From Squalus acanthias (taxonomy: Eukaryota): DNA of 64,000 nucleotides. The notes beneath the pieces are model-generated. The model was not told the DNA's origin and did not search any database. It saw only the letters and a list, made by a program, of their open reading frames with translations. The translations under genes and the position numbers were made by a program. Below are positions 33,720 through 45,924 of the stretch, piece by piece; position 1 is the first letter of the stretch, and the number at the start of each line of letters is the position of its first letter. Location of the stretch: positions 60,078,001 to 60,142,000 of the forward strand of contig CM059426.1 in assembly GCA_030390025.1 (NCBI GenBank). Reading direction: 5' to 3'.

Positions 33720-35830
33720 AGGATACTGAGAAGTGTAGAGGAACAGAGGGACTTTGGAGTGCATGTCCACAGATCCCTGAAGGTAGCAGGACAAGTAGAT
33801 AAGGTGGTTAAGAAGGCATACGGGATACTTTCCGTTATTAGCAGAGGCCTAGAATAGAAGAGCAGGGAGGTTATGCTAGAACTTTATAAAACACTAGTTA
33901 GGCCACAGCTAGAGTATTGCATACAGTTCTGGTCACCACATTACAGGAAAGATGTATTAGAGAGGGTGCAAAGGAGATTTATGAGGATGTTGCCAGGACT
34001 GTAGAATTTTAGCTACGAGGAAAGATTGGATAGGCTGGGGTTGTTTTCTTTGTAACAGAGGAGGCTAGGGGGAGATTTAATTGAGGTGTATAAATTTATG
34101 AGGGGCCTAGATAGAGTGAATAGGAAGGACCTAGTTCATTTAGCAGGGGGCATATATTTAAAGTAATTGGTAGAAAGATTAGAGGGAAGTTGAGGAGAAA
34201 TTTTTGCACCTAGAGTGTGGTTGGGGTGAACGGGATTATTACTAGTCCTAGCCCTTTTCGGGCTACCCTGGATCAGGCATATTCCCCAGATATTCACCTT
34301 CAACTAAAGTTAGAGGTAGCCAGATCCTAAAGATGCTTAATTGGGTCTAAAGGTTCAGACTATCTCTCCCTAAAGGAAAGGAACGACCTGAAGATGTTAC
34401 CGTCCTCCAGATAGCACTTTTAATAAGTTTAGCTAGACTGTAACCTTCCGGATATTATGAGGGTCCGGAAAACTCCCCCAGAATTCTGCAACTCCTCACT
34501 AAAGAGTGTACAGAGATTGAGTTTGCAAGTTTGATACAGAAGTACTATGTGAGACAATTCTAAAAAAATATAGATTTATTAAAGAACCGACATGTAGTTT
34601 ACAGCTGCTGATTCAATCACAACTTTAATAATTCCAAAACAAAAGCTTACAATTCTTTTATCAGAGATCATTATTCTCAAATCTTAACTTCGTTACATTT
34701 TTACATTTCTTGCTTAGTCTTATTCCAGAATATCCACCAAAATCAAATACCTTTGATACCCAAGACTTAAAGAGTTGAAAACTTACAGAGCCTGCCTCTG
34801 AAGTCTGAGAACCGCTTTGCCCCTTCCAGCAAATTCTGTCTTCCTATTTGAAAATCCAATCTTTTATACTCTTTCTCAGTGGTATATCCTTTAAAGTTTT
34901 CTGCTGATGTAAGCTAATTATCTCTAGTCATTTTTCTGTTGACCCCTTCTATTCTTACAATTAGTTCAGCTTGTAGCATGCAGAATTATGTCTGCTGTGT
35001 AGGTGTTCAAAACTTATCATAAAAACAGTGTGGAGCAGATGTCTTTCTTACGAAGGTCTTCTATGCAATTCTTAAGTCACCTCAGCTGGTTGTATTACAG
35101 ACTTCGTGTCTCCTAGGTGTTCCAAGTTCAACACAAAAACAATGTGATGGCTGTTACATCTATTGATGTCATATTTATGAAAGTCTTCTGTTTGTATCTT
35201 TTTACAACATGTAAATTAAAAACACCTCAACTAGGTACATCATTGCCTTCTTAGTTACCTCAACTGGTTGCAACACAGACTCCTGTCTCCATGTTTCATT
35301 TGATGTTATATTTACGAAGGCATATGTTTCTTTAATTTTCTGTGATTCATTTCGAAGTGTTGGTTTATGACACTTTAACCAGGGTATGGTATTGTCTTCT
35401 TTCTCAAGCTGCAGACTTTCTGGCAGCTCTAACCTTCTGCTTCAATGAGGCTATTGTTTCAGTGTCAACAACTTATCTTATCTCAAAAGCCTGTATTCTG
35501 TTTACAGCTTCTGATTGTTAGGTTTCCAGATTTCCAAGCCCAGTTTGTCATGTTTTAATCAGAATTCTTTCATAGGATGGTGTATTTTTCTGAATATGGC
35601 TATTCCTTCACAGGGAGTCTGGAACTCGCTGCCTGAAAGGGTGGTAGAGGCAGAAACCCTTGCCACATTTAAAAAGTGCTTGGATATGCACTTAAAGTGT
35701 TGTAACCTATAAGGCTACAGACCAAGAGCTTTAAAGTGGGATTAGGCTGGATAACTCTTTTTTGGCCGGCACAGACATGATGGGTCGAATGGCCTCCTTC
35801 TGTGCCATAAATTTCTATGATTTCGATGTA
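33720..35830 (+). mobile_element. CR1-type LINE 3' end split by solo LTR
   Basis: LRSVEEQRDFGVHVHRSLKVAGQVDKVVKKAYG..; RVVG|VWNSLPERVVEAET continues across the insertion; ATTTCTATG tail. Confidence 0.9.
34227..35612 (-). mobile_element. Probable solo LTR (~1.39 kb)
   Basis: Clean insertion in CR1 coding sequence; TG...CA termini (TGAACGG / CCTTCACA); flanks GGGG/GGGA; minus-strand TATAAAA 34862-34868 and AATAAA 34575-34580; duplicated blocks in putative U3. Confidence 0.65.
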
Positions 35831-36857
35831 ATAATGCTTAGCCACATCTCCAGCTCCCTCAATATAATCCATTATGTCTGTTATTTATTTTCCTAGGCAG
35901 CAGATGTTTGCACCTGTACAACATATGGTCAGCCCAACATATGGCTTTTATACTGTAATTGTCCATAATGAAGGATTATTGAGCATCCCTGAATTGCCCT
36001 TTGATGACCATGCCACTGGATCACACTTCAGACTGCCTCGAGCAAAGACCCTTTCTTCTATGATTTCAGACTCTGCAGGGAAAATGTATTAGATGTCTAA
36101 TTCATCTGTGGATGCTTTGTGGCTTCTGATTAGGCTGCAGCTTTTCTCTTGTACTTCTGACTTTACCATATCCATAGCACAAAATAGTGGGTGCTATCAC
36201 TGTACCAGGAACGACAAAACTCAGCTTAAATACAATTGAATGCTTTGATCTTCAATGTTCCATTCTTATCTGAGCAGCCTCCAGAGCTTTTGCAAAAATA
36301 AAATCACAATAAATGGATTCCATTCTAAAGAAATGGCTGCGCTCAGTATTTTAATATAACTGAAATTCACATAACAAAACATAAAACTACTAAAATGTAT
36401 TATCATATGTTCTTATATTTTTTCACACTTAGTTCTATTTTTGCAGTTTCAAAATAAAACCAGACCAAAAATTTCAATTTTGTTTTCAAACATATGCTCC
36501 ATTGTTTGAAGATTTTATATTTTGCATCATCTTCTGTAATATTAAATGAACCATTTCTGTTTCAGAAATGCAAATTATATTTTCAGAAACTACAACGAGC
36601 AAGAGGAATGTTCTCTGTTTCGGAGACAGCAGCATAAAGAAGTGTTGCATATTAGCAAAGGTTATCAGATTTGATCAAGCCATTTAAATGTCCCAGATTA
36701 GAGGTCCCAAGTGTTTCCTGAGACTTGCAGCATGCTTTCACTGCAAGTAATTAGAATCCACTTGATGAATGTGATGTATGAAGGCTTCCACACCGACAAA
36801 TAATGGCAACTACATATAGGAATAATTAGAAACATATCTGAATGCATGCTACACCTG

Positions 36858-37405
36858 TAGCCCCGATTTTAACCCTGCCTGACCAGCATGAGCGTTGCGG
36901 GCATGGGGTTAAAATAGCAATCGGGCACTACCCGTTATGTTCCCGACGCGTTTGCGCCACCGCCACATTAACCCCACCAATTCAGGTCACGGGGAAGGTG
37001 CCGGCCACAAACCGACGGATGACTCATAATTCTTAAAAAGACGGAGTTCGATGACGTAATTCTGATCTGACGTGAAAGAATCGCAACTCACGCAGTCCCG
37101 GAGCTGCCAGTAAAACCTGGCGACAAGCAAGATTGGGGCCAGAAGAGGCCCAGAAAACTTTTTCATCTTTCCTTTGTGGGCCAGAAGTAGCCATTCCGAC
37201 CCCCACCTGATTGACTTGCCTGGCTACTATTTCCTTGGCTTCCTTGAAATCCCGCTCCCACAAGCCGACCTCTACATCATTACTTCGGTCAGGAGTCAGC
37301 TTTGCCAAATTTAAATGAGGCCCGTGAGTTAAAATGGCCCAGGCCTCATGCTGGCACCGTTGTGGGCACTTGCTACCCGGCCTAGCTATCTCCCCTCAAG
37401 TTAAG
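36858..37405. mobile_element. Harbinger-type MITE
   Basis: Starts GCCCCGATTTTAACCC; core TTGTGGGCCAGAAG shared with other MITEs; right end eroded. Confidence 0.55.
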
Positions 37406-38775
37406 AAGCTTTTATCTGTAAAAAAAAACTGCTTTAATAAAAAAAAATGACTCTACCATTCAAAACAAGTGCTGAACCTAACAATTGTTTTTGCATTTAG
37501 TAAAGAACAATTTTACCTGTAAAATTTAATAATAGGGAATGCTTCAGCAAAGCAAGAGTCAGAATGACAAGAGAGCAAAGATGCCATATGACAATAAATG
37601 GCGTCATAAAAAGTACTTCATATTCTGGAGTTGAAAGAACATACAGAGTGACATCCAGAAGGATGAAAAGAAACTCCTTGTCATGCAGTATTGTTGTGCT
37701 GTCTACTATTTTAATCACAACATAATGATAATGCTATTAACATTTCTCAAAAGAAACACCAGGTCAAAGATGCAGCAGGGGAGAGAAAGGGGTGAGAAAA
37801 GCAAGATTACGTGTGCTAATTACATTTTCTTCAGCTCAGGATGGTGGCACATACTGTTTGTAAGGCAACTTAATAAAGTTGGTCATGGTCAATGGATACC
37901 ATTCAAAAACAATTCTGGCAACATTACTGCATGTCATTCGTTTTGTCTGACAGCGCTTGTAACAACACAGGTGAGGTGGTATTGAAGACCTGGCGTACTT
38001 TCCTTAATACCTGAAATAGTTTAGTCTATTGGCACTTACAGAAAAGCAAACACTTACTACAGTATCAGAAACACTTACCTTCGGGTCCCCTTTAAAGTTG
38101 TTAGGTTAGTTTTTGAGCTGTGTTTGTAAACATCCAATCCAATTATGGACATCCATATCACTCGAGCGTATGTCACTTACATATGACACCATAAGTGTCA
38201 TTAGTACATGGTAAAAACAAAAAATTAATTTGTTTCTTTCAGAATATATTCTCTTCTCCAAAACAGTAAAGATTCTCCCATTAAAATGTTTTATTTTGAT
38301 GTTTGTCAATGGAAATGACAATCGGATGGTTTCTATAAGAGGCGGCTGATCGGCAAAGCCAGTTTTACACCCGGGCAGAGTGTTGGCCATACTCTCGTGG
38401 TTCACAATACAATACAGAATACATCCTGTTTGATGACAGGACTGAGATCATTCTTTGGTTAAGTGGGTGGGGTGGGGGGGCGGGCAGGTGGAGCAGGTTG
38501 GCGATTGTGATATTTCTCAGGGTTTGGGATGACAGTAATACTGGACCTGTTTATTCAATGGTTGGCTTGAGGGAGAAAGCTCTGGGAGAAAGGATTGTTC
38601 TGGGGAGCTGAATGGGGGAGCGATTAAAGCAAAGGAGCTCACTTATTCTGGTATTTGTCACTTATTCAGGCATAGCTGTCTGTCACTTTTTCAGATTGAT
38701 AAAGATCTCATGTTTGGCTCAATTATGTGTTTGCTGTGGGTGGTGTTTGGCCTACTGCACCTAGATAAGTACATT

Positions 38776-41775
38776 GGGGTAGAAATTTGTGCAGGCCCGT
38801 TTCTGGGCCAAGAATCGGTGCCAGGTTGGCAGCATGTGCCTAATCACGTGGGCGAGACAAGACTAGTAAATTGTTCGAGGTTGCTCTGCTCCTAATGCCA
38901 CACTCCGCGCCTCCTACTCTCCTCACTAGTACTGCCTTCACCTCTTCACACCTCCGCCACCCTCACACACCAGCACCTGTATACCACCTTGACGTGCACA
39001 TCCTCAAACCATCTCACTAGGCAACCACTAACCCTCTCCCTTCTTTCTTGCAGTCAAAGCTGGCAAACAATAGTAGAAAGGAGGTGAGGACGGGAGGAGG
39101 CAAAGCATCGATTCATGTCCTCCCACCACTCGAGGAGCAAGTCATGGAAATTGTGGGGATGGGTCGTGTCAGGGGATTGCGAGTGGCCAGGCTGGAGGAC
39201 CCTGTCATTCACTCTGTCCCTTCTCACTGAAATCTCACCCTCTGACACTAAGCATGACAAAGTGCAGCTGCTTCCAGCAAACACTCATCTGTATCTGTTT
39301 ATCCTTCACACTAAAACCTAATCTTAGTCCCTCTCTTCCCTTTCAGGCCAACAAAATGTAGAGCACCCGGAGGATGAGGAACTGACAGGAAGCATCATCC
39401 AAGGTGGCACACTCCACCTGACTTTAGCTCAGAGACTAGCCTCCGTGTACATTAGCTGATAGACTAGAGGGGTCTACACTGGGAGACTCACCGAACACTA
39501 GTACACAGGAGTATGGGCAGGGGGTGGGATGGTTCAGGAAGCAGCTAGTCGGAAGGAGAGCTCACATCCTACCTCTACTGCAGAGGGAACAAATGCAGAT
39601 CTCGAAGGGTGCAACCTACATTTAAAGACTGATCCCTGTACACCAGGACCTTTTAAGTGCACTAGGCAGCCTGCCAGAAAGCTTGCACAGAATGGCACAG
39701 AGCATGGAGGAGTCCAGCTCTAGCTTGCGTAGGGTCATCCAGCAAGGTAGTGAGACCATATAGTCAACCAAGGAGTGAGTCATCAGCTCTATGAACACTG
39801 CAGTGGGGCCCACAATGATGGAACCTCTGGTGACAGCTGGTGACAGTTTCACTGGGAGCTCAGATTGCTGCCATCATGGTTCTGGGGTTTAGTATCTCCT
39901 CAACCTTTCAATCCATGAAGGTGATTATCGGTGGGAATGTGGAGAGCATGGATAGAAGCTTTCACAGCATCATTACACTCCTTCACTCTGTTCTCACACA
40001 GACCAGAGGCAGTATACAGAAGCAACCCCATGACAGTGGCATCGGCTCCATGGGAGAGGGTCCTGCTGCCCACTCTCAGGATGACAACATGCCTGCACCC
40101 CTGCCAGCTTCTGACCCAATGCATTTGTTGGTCCCACACAGCCAGCTGGCCCAGACTACCCCTTGCGACGCGAGGTACAACAAGGCCCAGAGCTACTCAC
40201 AGTCATGCACCACAGCCTCCTCAAGTGTCCTCAGTAGATGATCAGCAGCCTACCACACCCTGAGATGGGGAAACACTTCATAGGAGCACTAGAATATGTC
40301 AACAAGCACCAAGGCTAGGAACAAAGGGATTGCAGTAGGGTGATTTAATTTCAATACATAGAGGAGGGGAAAGTTGTAAAGTGCACAATGTGCATGATGT
40401 GAAGTTAACAGATTTTATTTGCTTGGCTTTGCTGTTGGTCTTCATATTCATATTACAGTTGTATTGGAGGGCATTCAGAATGGCATAGTTGTGTAGCATA
40501 CAGCAAACCATGACAAATTTGGAGACTCGCTCGGGGCTATACTGCAGGACTTCACTGGATTGGTCCAGGCACCTTTGTTTGAGGACGTCTCAGGTTTACT
40601 CAATGAGAGGCCTAATTTCTGTGTGGTTCTCATTGTATCGGCACTCAGCATCTGTGCCCAAGTTCCTGAGAGGAATCATGAGCTAGGTATAGAGGGGTTG
40701 CCCCCTGTCTCCAAGAAGACAGCCTGCCACCCGCTGGTCTGGTTCAAAGATTGATTGCGGACTGGCGCAGTATGAAGCTGTTACGACTACTGCCAGGATA
40801 CTGGGCACAGACCTACATTAACATTTAAGGAGTGGAACCCCTTCTTGTTATAAAACATGGCTGGTTCATGATGGGGGAATGCAGGGCAGTGTGTGTGCAG
40901 TCAATGAGACCTTGCCCCTGGAGAAATCCAGTGATGCGGGCAAATCCAAGTGCGCCCTCCTCCTGATCAGTAGCCTCTGTGGGGAAAGTGATGTATTGCT
41001 CTCTCCTTGAAACGAGAGCATCCATCATCTGGTTGATAGCTGTATGGACAGCAAACGGACTGCTGTTACTGATGTCATCCATTGCAGCCTGGAATGAACC
41101 TGTAGCATTGAAGTTCAGAGTCACCATTACCTTTACAGCCTCAGGCAGTTCTGTGTGTGCCCTGGCTTTTGGCTCCAATTCCTGCTGCAACAGATAACCG
41201 TGACTGCCTGGTGAAGCGCAGCCTCCTCACACACTGCTCCTTTGACATGTTGAGATACGACATCCTGTCGCAGAAGACCCACATGCTGTAATGACTCCTT
41301 GGCCATTGCTTCCTTTGTCATCTTTTTTGACCCTCCATAAGTCTTTGCTGCTGCTGCTGCTGCTGTCTCCGCCATTGTGGCAGCTTCAATCTTAATCCCA
41401 GCAACATTCCCATCTTTTCTGGTCCTTTAGCAACAATGGAGTCAAACAGTGCAGCTACAGTCAAAGATCAGCACTCCAACTGTTCTGTAGTCTGAATTCC
41501 TGCCAAAACTCAGCCAAAACTGGCAAACAAATGGCTCCAAAAAGACTCCAGTAGCCAAAAATCACTTTCCCATGACTTACCTTAATCGAGGTGAGAACCC
41601 TTTAAAATAGCTGTGCTTCAGCCAACTTCCGAAGTGCCATGTTTTTGTGAGCGGATACATGAAAGCACGAATGAAAGGCTTCAAGGCACCAATTTCGTAA
41701 AGGGATCAATTCAAGCGCAGGACCCCTGTTAACATATCTTATTGAGGCCAGCATTCATTTCAGGCGGCCATCAGA
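38776..41775. mobile_element. Degenerate PIF/Harbinger transposon (Myb exons on +, transposase on -)
   Basis: Left TIR GGGGTAGAAATT; SKLANNSRKEVRTGGG (Myb exon 2) at ~39053; transposase remnants at 40455-41375; right end cut at LINE. Confidence 0.85.
40455..41375 (-). pseudogene. Harbinger DDE transposase pseudogene
   Basis: LPEAVKVMVTLNFNATGSFQ..GFARITGFLQGQGLIDCTH.., LLGDRG.., VCCMLHNYA; multiple frameshifts. Confidence 0.88.
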
Positions 41776-41779
41776 GATG

Positions 41780-43120
41780 TTTTTTTTGATTCATTCATGG
41801 GATGTGGGCGTCGCTGACAAGGCCAGCATTTATTGCCCATCCCTAATTGCCCTTGAGAAGGTGGTGGTGAGCCGCCTACTTGAACCGCTGCAGTCCATGT
41901 GGTGAAGGTACTCCCACAGTGCTGTTAGGGAGGGAGTTCCAGGATTTTGACCCACTGACTATGAAGGAACAGCGATATACTTCTAAGTCAGGATGGTGTG
42001 TGAGTTGGAGGGGAACTTGGAGGTGGTGGTGTCCCCATGCACCTGCTGCCCTTGTCCCTCTAGGTGGTATAGGTCACGGGTTTGGGAGGTGCTGTCGAAG
42101 AAGCCTTGGCGAGTTACTGCAGTGTATCTTGTAGATGGTACACACTGCAGTCATGGTACGCTGATGTTGGAGGGAGTGAATGCTTAAGGTGGTGGATGGG
42201 GTGCCAATCAAGCGGACTGCTTTGTCCTGGATGGTGTGGAGCTTCTTGAGTGTTGTTGGAGCTGCACTCATCCAGGCAAGTGGAGAGTATTCCATCACAC
42301 TCTTGACTTGTGCCTTGTAGATGGTGGAAAGGCTTTGGGGAGTCAGGAGGTGAGACACTTGCCACAGAATACCCAGCCTCTGAGCAACTCTTGTTGCCAC
42401 AGTATTTATGTAGCTGGTCCAGTTAAGTTTCTGGTCAATGGTGACCCCCAGGATGTTGATCGTGGGGGGTTCGACGATGGTAATGCCATTGAATGTCAAG
42501 GGGCAATGGTTAAACTCTCTCTTGTTGGAGATGATCATTGCCTAGTACTTGTGTGGCACGAGTCTTACTTGCCACTTATCAGCCCAAGCCTGAATATCGT
42601 CCAGGTCTTGCTGCATGCGGGCACACACTTCTCCATTATCGGAGGAGTTGCAAATGAAACTGAGCACTTTGCAATCATCAGCGAACATCCTCACTTCTGA
42701 CCTTATAATGGAGGGAAGGTCATTGATGAAGCATCTGAAAATGGTTGAGCCTAGGACACTGCCCTGAGGAACTCTTGCAGCGATGTCCTGTGGCTGAGTT
42801 GATTGGCCTCCAACAACCACAACTGTCTTCATATGACTCCAGCCAGAATAGAATTTTCCTCCTGATTCTCATTTACTTCAATTTTACTAGGGCTCCTTGA
42901 TGGCACACTCGGTCAAATGCTGCCTTGATGTCAAGGGCAGTCACTCGCACCTCACCTCTGGAATTCAGCTCTTTTGTCCATGTTTGGACCAAGGCTGTAA
43001 TGAGATCTGGAGCTGAGTGGTCTTGGCGGAACCCAAACTGAGCATCGGTGAGCAGGCTATTGGTAAGTAAGTGCTGCTTGACAGCACTGTCGATGACACC
43101 TTCCATCACTTTGCTGATGA
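41780..43120 (-). mobile_element. CR1-group (L2/Crack/Daphne-like) LINE, 3' 1.3 kb
   Basis: QFGFRQDHS..ALDIKAAFDRV / VPQGSVLG..FINDLP..MFADDC / ILGVTIDQKLNW..YKAQVKSVMEYS; tail (reverse) CCCATGAATGAATCAAAAAAAA. Confidence 0.9.
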
Positions 43121-43406
43121 ATGCCTAGGGTTGGATTTTGTCAATGGGTTGGGCTGGGGTCGTGTGAGGTGGAAATCGTGGTCTCCACCTGACTCCAATT
43201 GGAAGTGGGGATGAGAATGAATTTTCCCCTAATTGGGCAATTGATTTCCTGCGTGTGGGAACCCTAGCCCAATTAGTTTTTCCAGTCTGAAAGTCGGGTC
43301 CGATGACATCATCATTGCTGCTGCATTTAAGGTCTGCAAGAAGCCTTGCTTCCTCTGCAGACTGCCAAGCTTTCTGTATTAGCAACCACACGAAAGTAGT
43401 AGCAAA

Positions 43407-45415
43407 ATGAGTTTCAGCAGACCTAAGTCTGCCCCGAGATTCGAGGACGTCGCCCTGAAAGCTTTGATAGAGGGAGCAGGAGCTAACAAAGAGGTGCTCT
43501 TCCCTTCCTCAGGGAAGAAGAAGCCTCCCCAACAGACAAAGGCTGTGTGGCTTCAAGTGGCCCAGGAGGTGTCCTCCTTGGCGCAGATACCCCGGACTTG
43601 GCTTCAGTGTAGGAAGAAGTTCCATGACCTTATACGCACTGGAAAAGTGAGTATGACTTTCCCATCACCCTCAATCTCATCACCATTGCCTCTCCTCTCT
43701 AGCACTCAGCTTTGACAACCTCTTCCTCCACATACCACTTGACACTGACATCCCTGCCCCCTTACCCTCTCTCTGTATGCTCACATTCACCTAACTATTC
43801 GACTATGCAGCCCTCACACTTCCTACCACTGTGTTGCTATGACACAACTTACAACGCACAGGGAGGGCCCTTGGTCTTGCCACCTCACTCCACCTTTGTC
43901 TCCTTCTAAGCATCTATGCTATGGATTCTCTACACTCACTCCTTCATTCTCACTCAAACTCCACTTGTCTCCCTCATTGCAGGAAAAGAGAGCCCACAAT
44001 AAAAGGGAACGAGCGAGGACAGGAGGAGGGCCACCCTCCATAGCCCAGCTCACAGACTTGGGAGGAGGCGGCCCTGCAGCTAGTCAGGGTCGAGGACGAT
44101 GCACAAGTGGGGGATGGACAGACGGGTGCAGCCTGAGCAAGCTGGTGACAGAAGAGTTTTTCATCTCTCTCATTGACATTGCATGAGTCGCTGATAATGA
44201 ATCTGATGCTCTATCAGATTGACTTATGATCATCTGCAATATTCAATGTGCATGTAACCTTGGCCTCACATCTCTGACTCTTTCCTTTACTCCCTGACAG
44301 GACCATCGACAGGCCCCCTCCCCACTGTCCAGGAGGAACATCCGGAACCTCCAGACTGTAACATCTGAGGGCGCAGCGTCAGCAGAATTCAGCGCACCCA
44401 GCACCAGCGCAGACACTCACACCTCGGTGGGATCCTCTGGACATTGAGTAGAGTTGTCACCTGGTGTATCACAGCTCACAACTGAGCATCAGCAGATGGT
44501 GGAGACAGGGACAGCAGTGGAGAGTCCTAGTCGGAGGGCGCAGGACTCTCCCAGCTCGGCTCAGCTGCATGTCGACCCTCTGCCTCTGGGTCCATCCAGA
44601 AGAAGAGCGGTGCTGGAACTCCAGGAAGAGGTGTAGGAGTCTCTGGCAGGTTTTGTCTCCAGGGTCGCTGCGAGTGTGGCGCGAATGGAGGAGTTCCTCG
44701 CTAGCATGAGCAGAGCCTTTGTGGAGGTGTTGGCGCATGAGCGCATCACTACGGAAAGGATGGCAACCTACGTGGAAAGGATGTCTACCTCCATGGTAAG
44801 GCTGACTACCGTAGAGGAGAGGATGGCAACGGTAGAGGAGAGGTTGTCTATGGTAGTGGAGAGGATGGCTACGTCCATGGAGGAGCTTAGTTGCCAGGGT
44901 ATGGAAACCATGGTATTTACTCAGAATAGAATGACATCTCTTGAGGAGCGATGGTCAGCTATTGAGCAATCAAACCAGACCTTCAGGCAAGTCCTCGCCA
45001 GTCGGACTTCCAGTACAGAAACAGGTCCTAATGGCCCCCCTGAAGTGCAGCAAGGTGCTGTCAAGCCACTTGCTAGCTCTGAAGTGTGGCTGACCCATGA
45101 GAGGGATGTTGGTGGCAGACAACAAGGATGTGGGGGCTCCTCTCAAGCACTCACACGACCATGCCACTGCAAAGCCCTCGGTCAGAGCCCCACCAGAGTC
45201 CACACCCAACTGAGATCGGCGTCTCAACCCCTGCTCAGCAGCAGGAGCAGCAGACTGTTGCCGAGCCCTCACAGGTTCGCAACCCCAGAGGACGCCCGCC
45301 AAAGGAGTCGAGACAGGAGCAGCAAGAAAGTGAGCAAGGGGCCTCCACATTTGCTGAAGCCACAGGGGAACCACCACGTAGGAGCACGCGTAAGAGAAAG
45401 ATACTACACAAATAG
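43407..45415 (+). pseudogene. Harbinger Myb/SANT DNA-binding protein, 3 exons (43407-43646, 43983-44144, 44301-45415), disrupted
   Basis: Exon 1 APRFEDVALKALIE..WLQVAQEV..RTWLQCRKKFHDL then AAA|GTGAGT; exon 2 after TTGCAG: EKRAHNKRERARTGGGP (frameshift ~44060); exon 3 after CTGACAG with coiled coil and C-terminal PRRSTRKRK; stops and frameshifts present. Confidence 0.85.
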
Positions 45416-45457
45416 TCACAAGGGTAGTCACTTGAGTGAAATGTTATGTTTATTGTG

Positions 45458-45697
45458 AGAAGTCGCACAACACCAGGTTATAGTCCAACAGTTTTATTTG
45501 AAATCACAAGCTTTCGGAGCTGCTGCCCCTTCATCAGGTGAAGTGAAGGAATACGATTCGTATTCCTTCACTTCACCTGATGAAGGAGCAGCAGCTCCGA
45601 AAGCTTGTGATTTCAAATAAAACTGTTGGACTATAACCTGGTGTTGTGCGACTTCTCACTTTTGTCCACCCCAGTCCAACACCGGCATCTCCGCATC
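45458..45697 (+). mobile_element. Miniature fold-back Penelope-like insertion, copy 2
   Basis: 102-bp inverted arms 45455-45556/45558-45659 (1 mismatch); 38-nt tail; 12-bp TSD ATGTTTATTGTG (45446-45457, 45698-45709). Confidence 0.9.
45573..45610 (+). ncRNA. Minimal type-I hammerhead ribozyme motif (mirror copy on - strand in the left arm)
   Basis: UCAC-CUGAUGA-A-GGAGC(AGCA)GCUCC-GAAA-GC-UU-GUGA: conserved core boxes, 5-bp stem II, 4-bp stem I, palindromic AGCU in place of stem III. Confidence 0.8.
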
Positions 45698-45924
45698 ATG
45701 TTTATTGTGGACAAGCCATCTGTTGTTTCAAGTAAAAAAAAAATCAGATGGCAACTGGTGCCCTTGTAGCGTTTATCATATCGCTGATGGGACTTCCACA
45801 TTGAGGGCTTAGGATGACTTGCACTTGTCAGTATGGTGCTCAGAGTGCTAGGAATCCATTGGTTCTTGGCCATTGTCGAAGCTCTGCTAAGAAGCTGCGA
45901 GTCCGAAATGCTTGATTGGCTAGG

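Noticed and set aside
44676-45458. Stand-alone 260-aa protein
   Set aside because: It is part of exon 3 of the Harbinger Myb gene. The later half appears out of frame, since the RRSTRKRK terminus is in the 45128-45415 frame.
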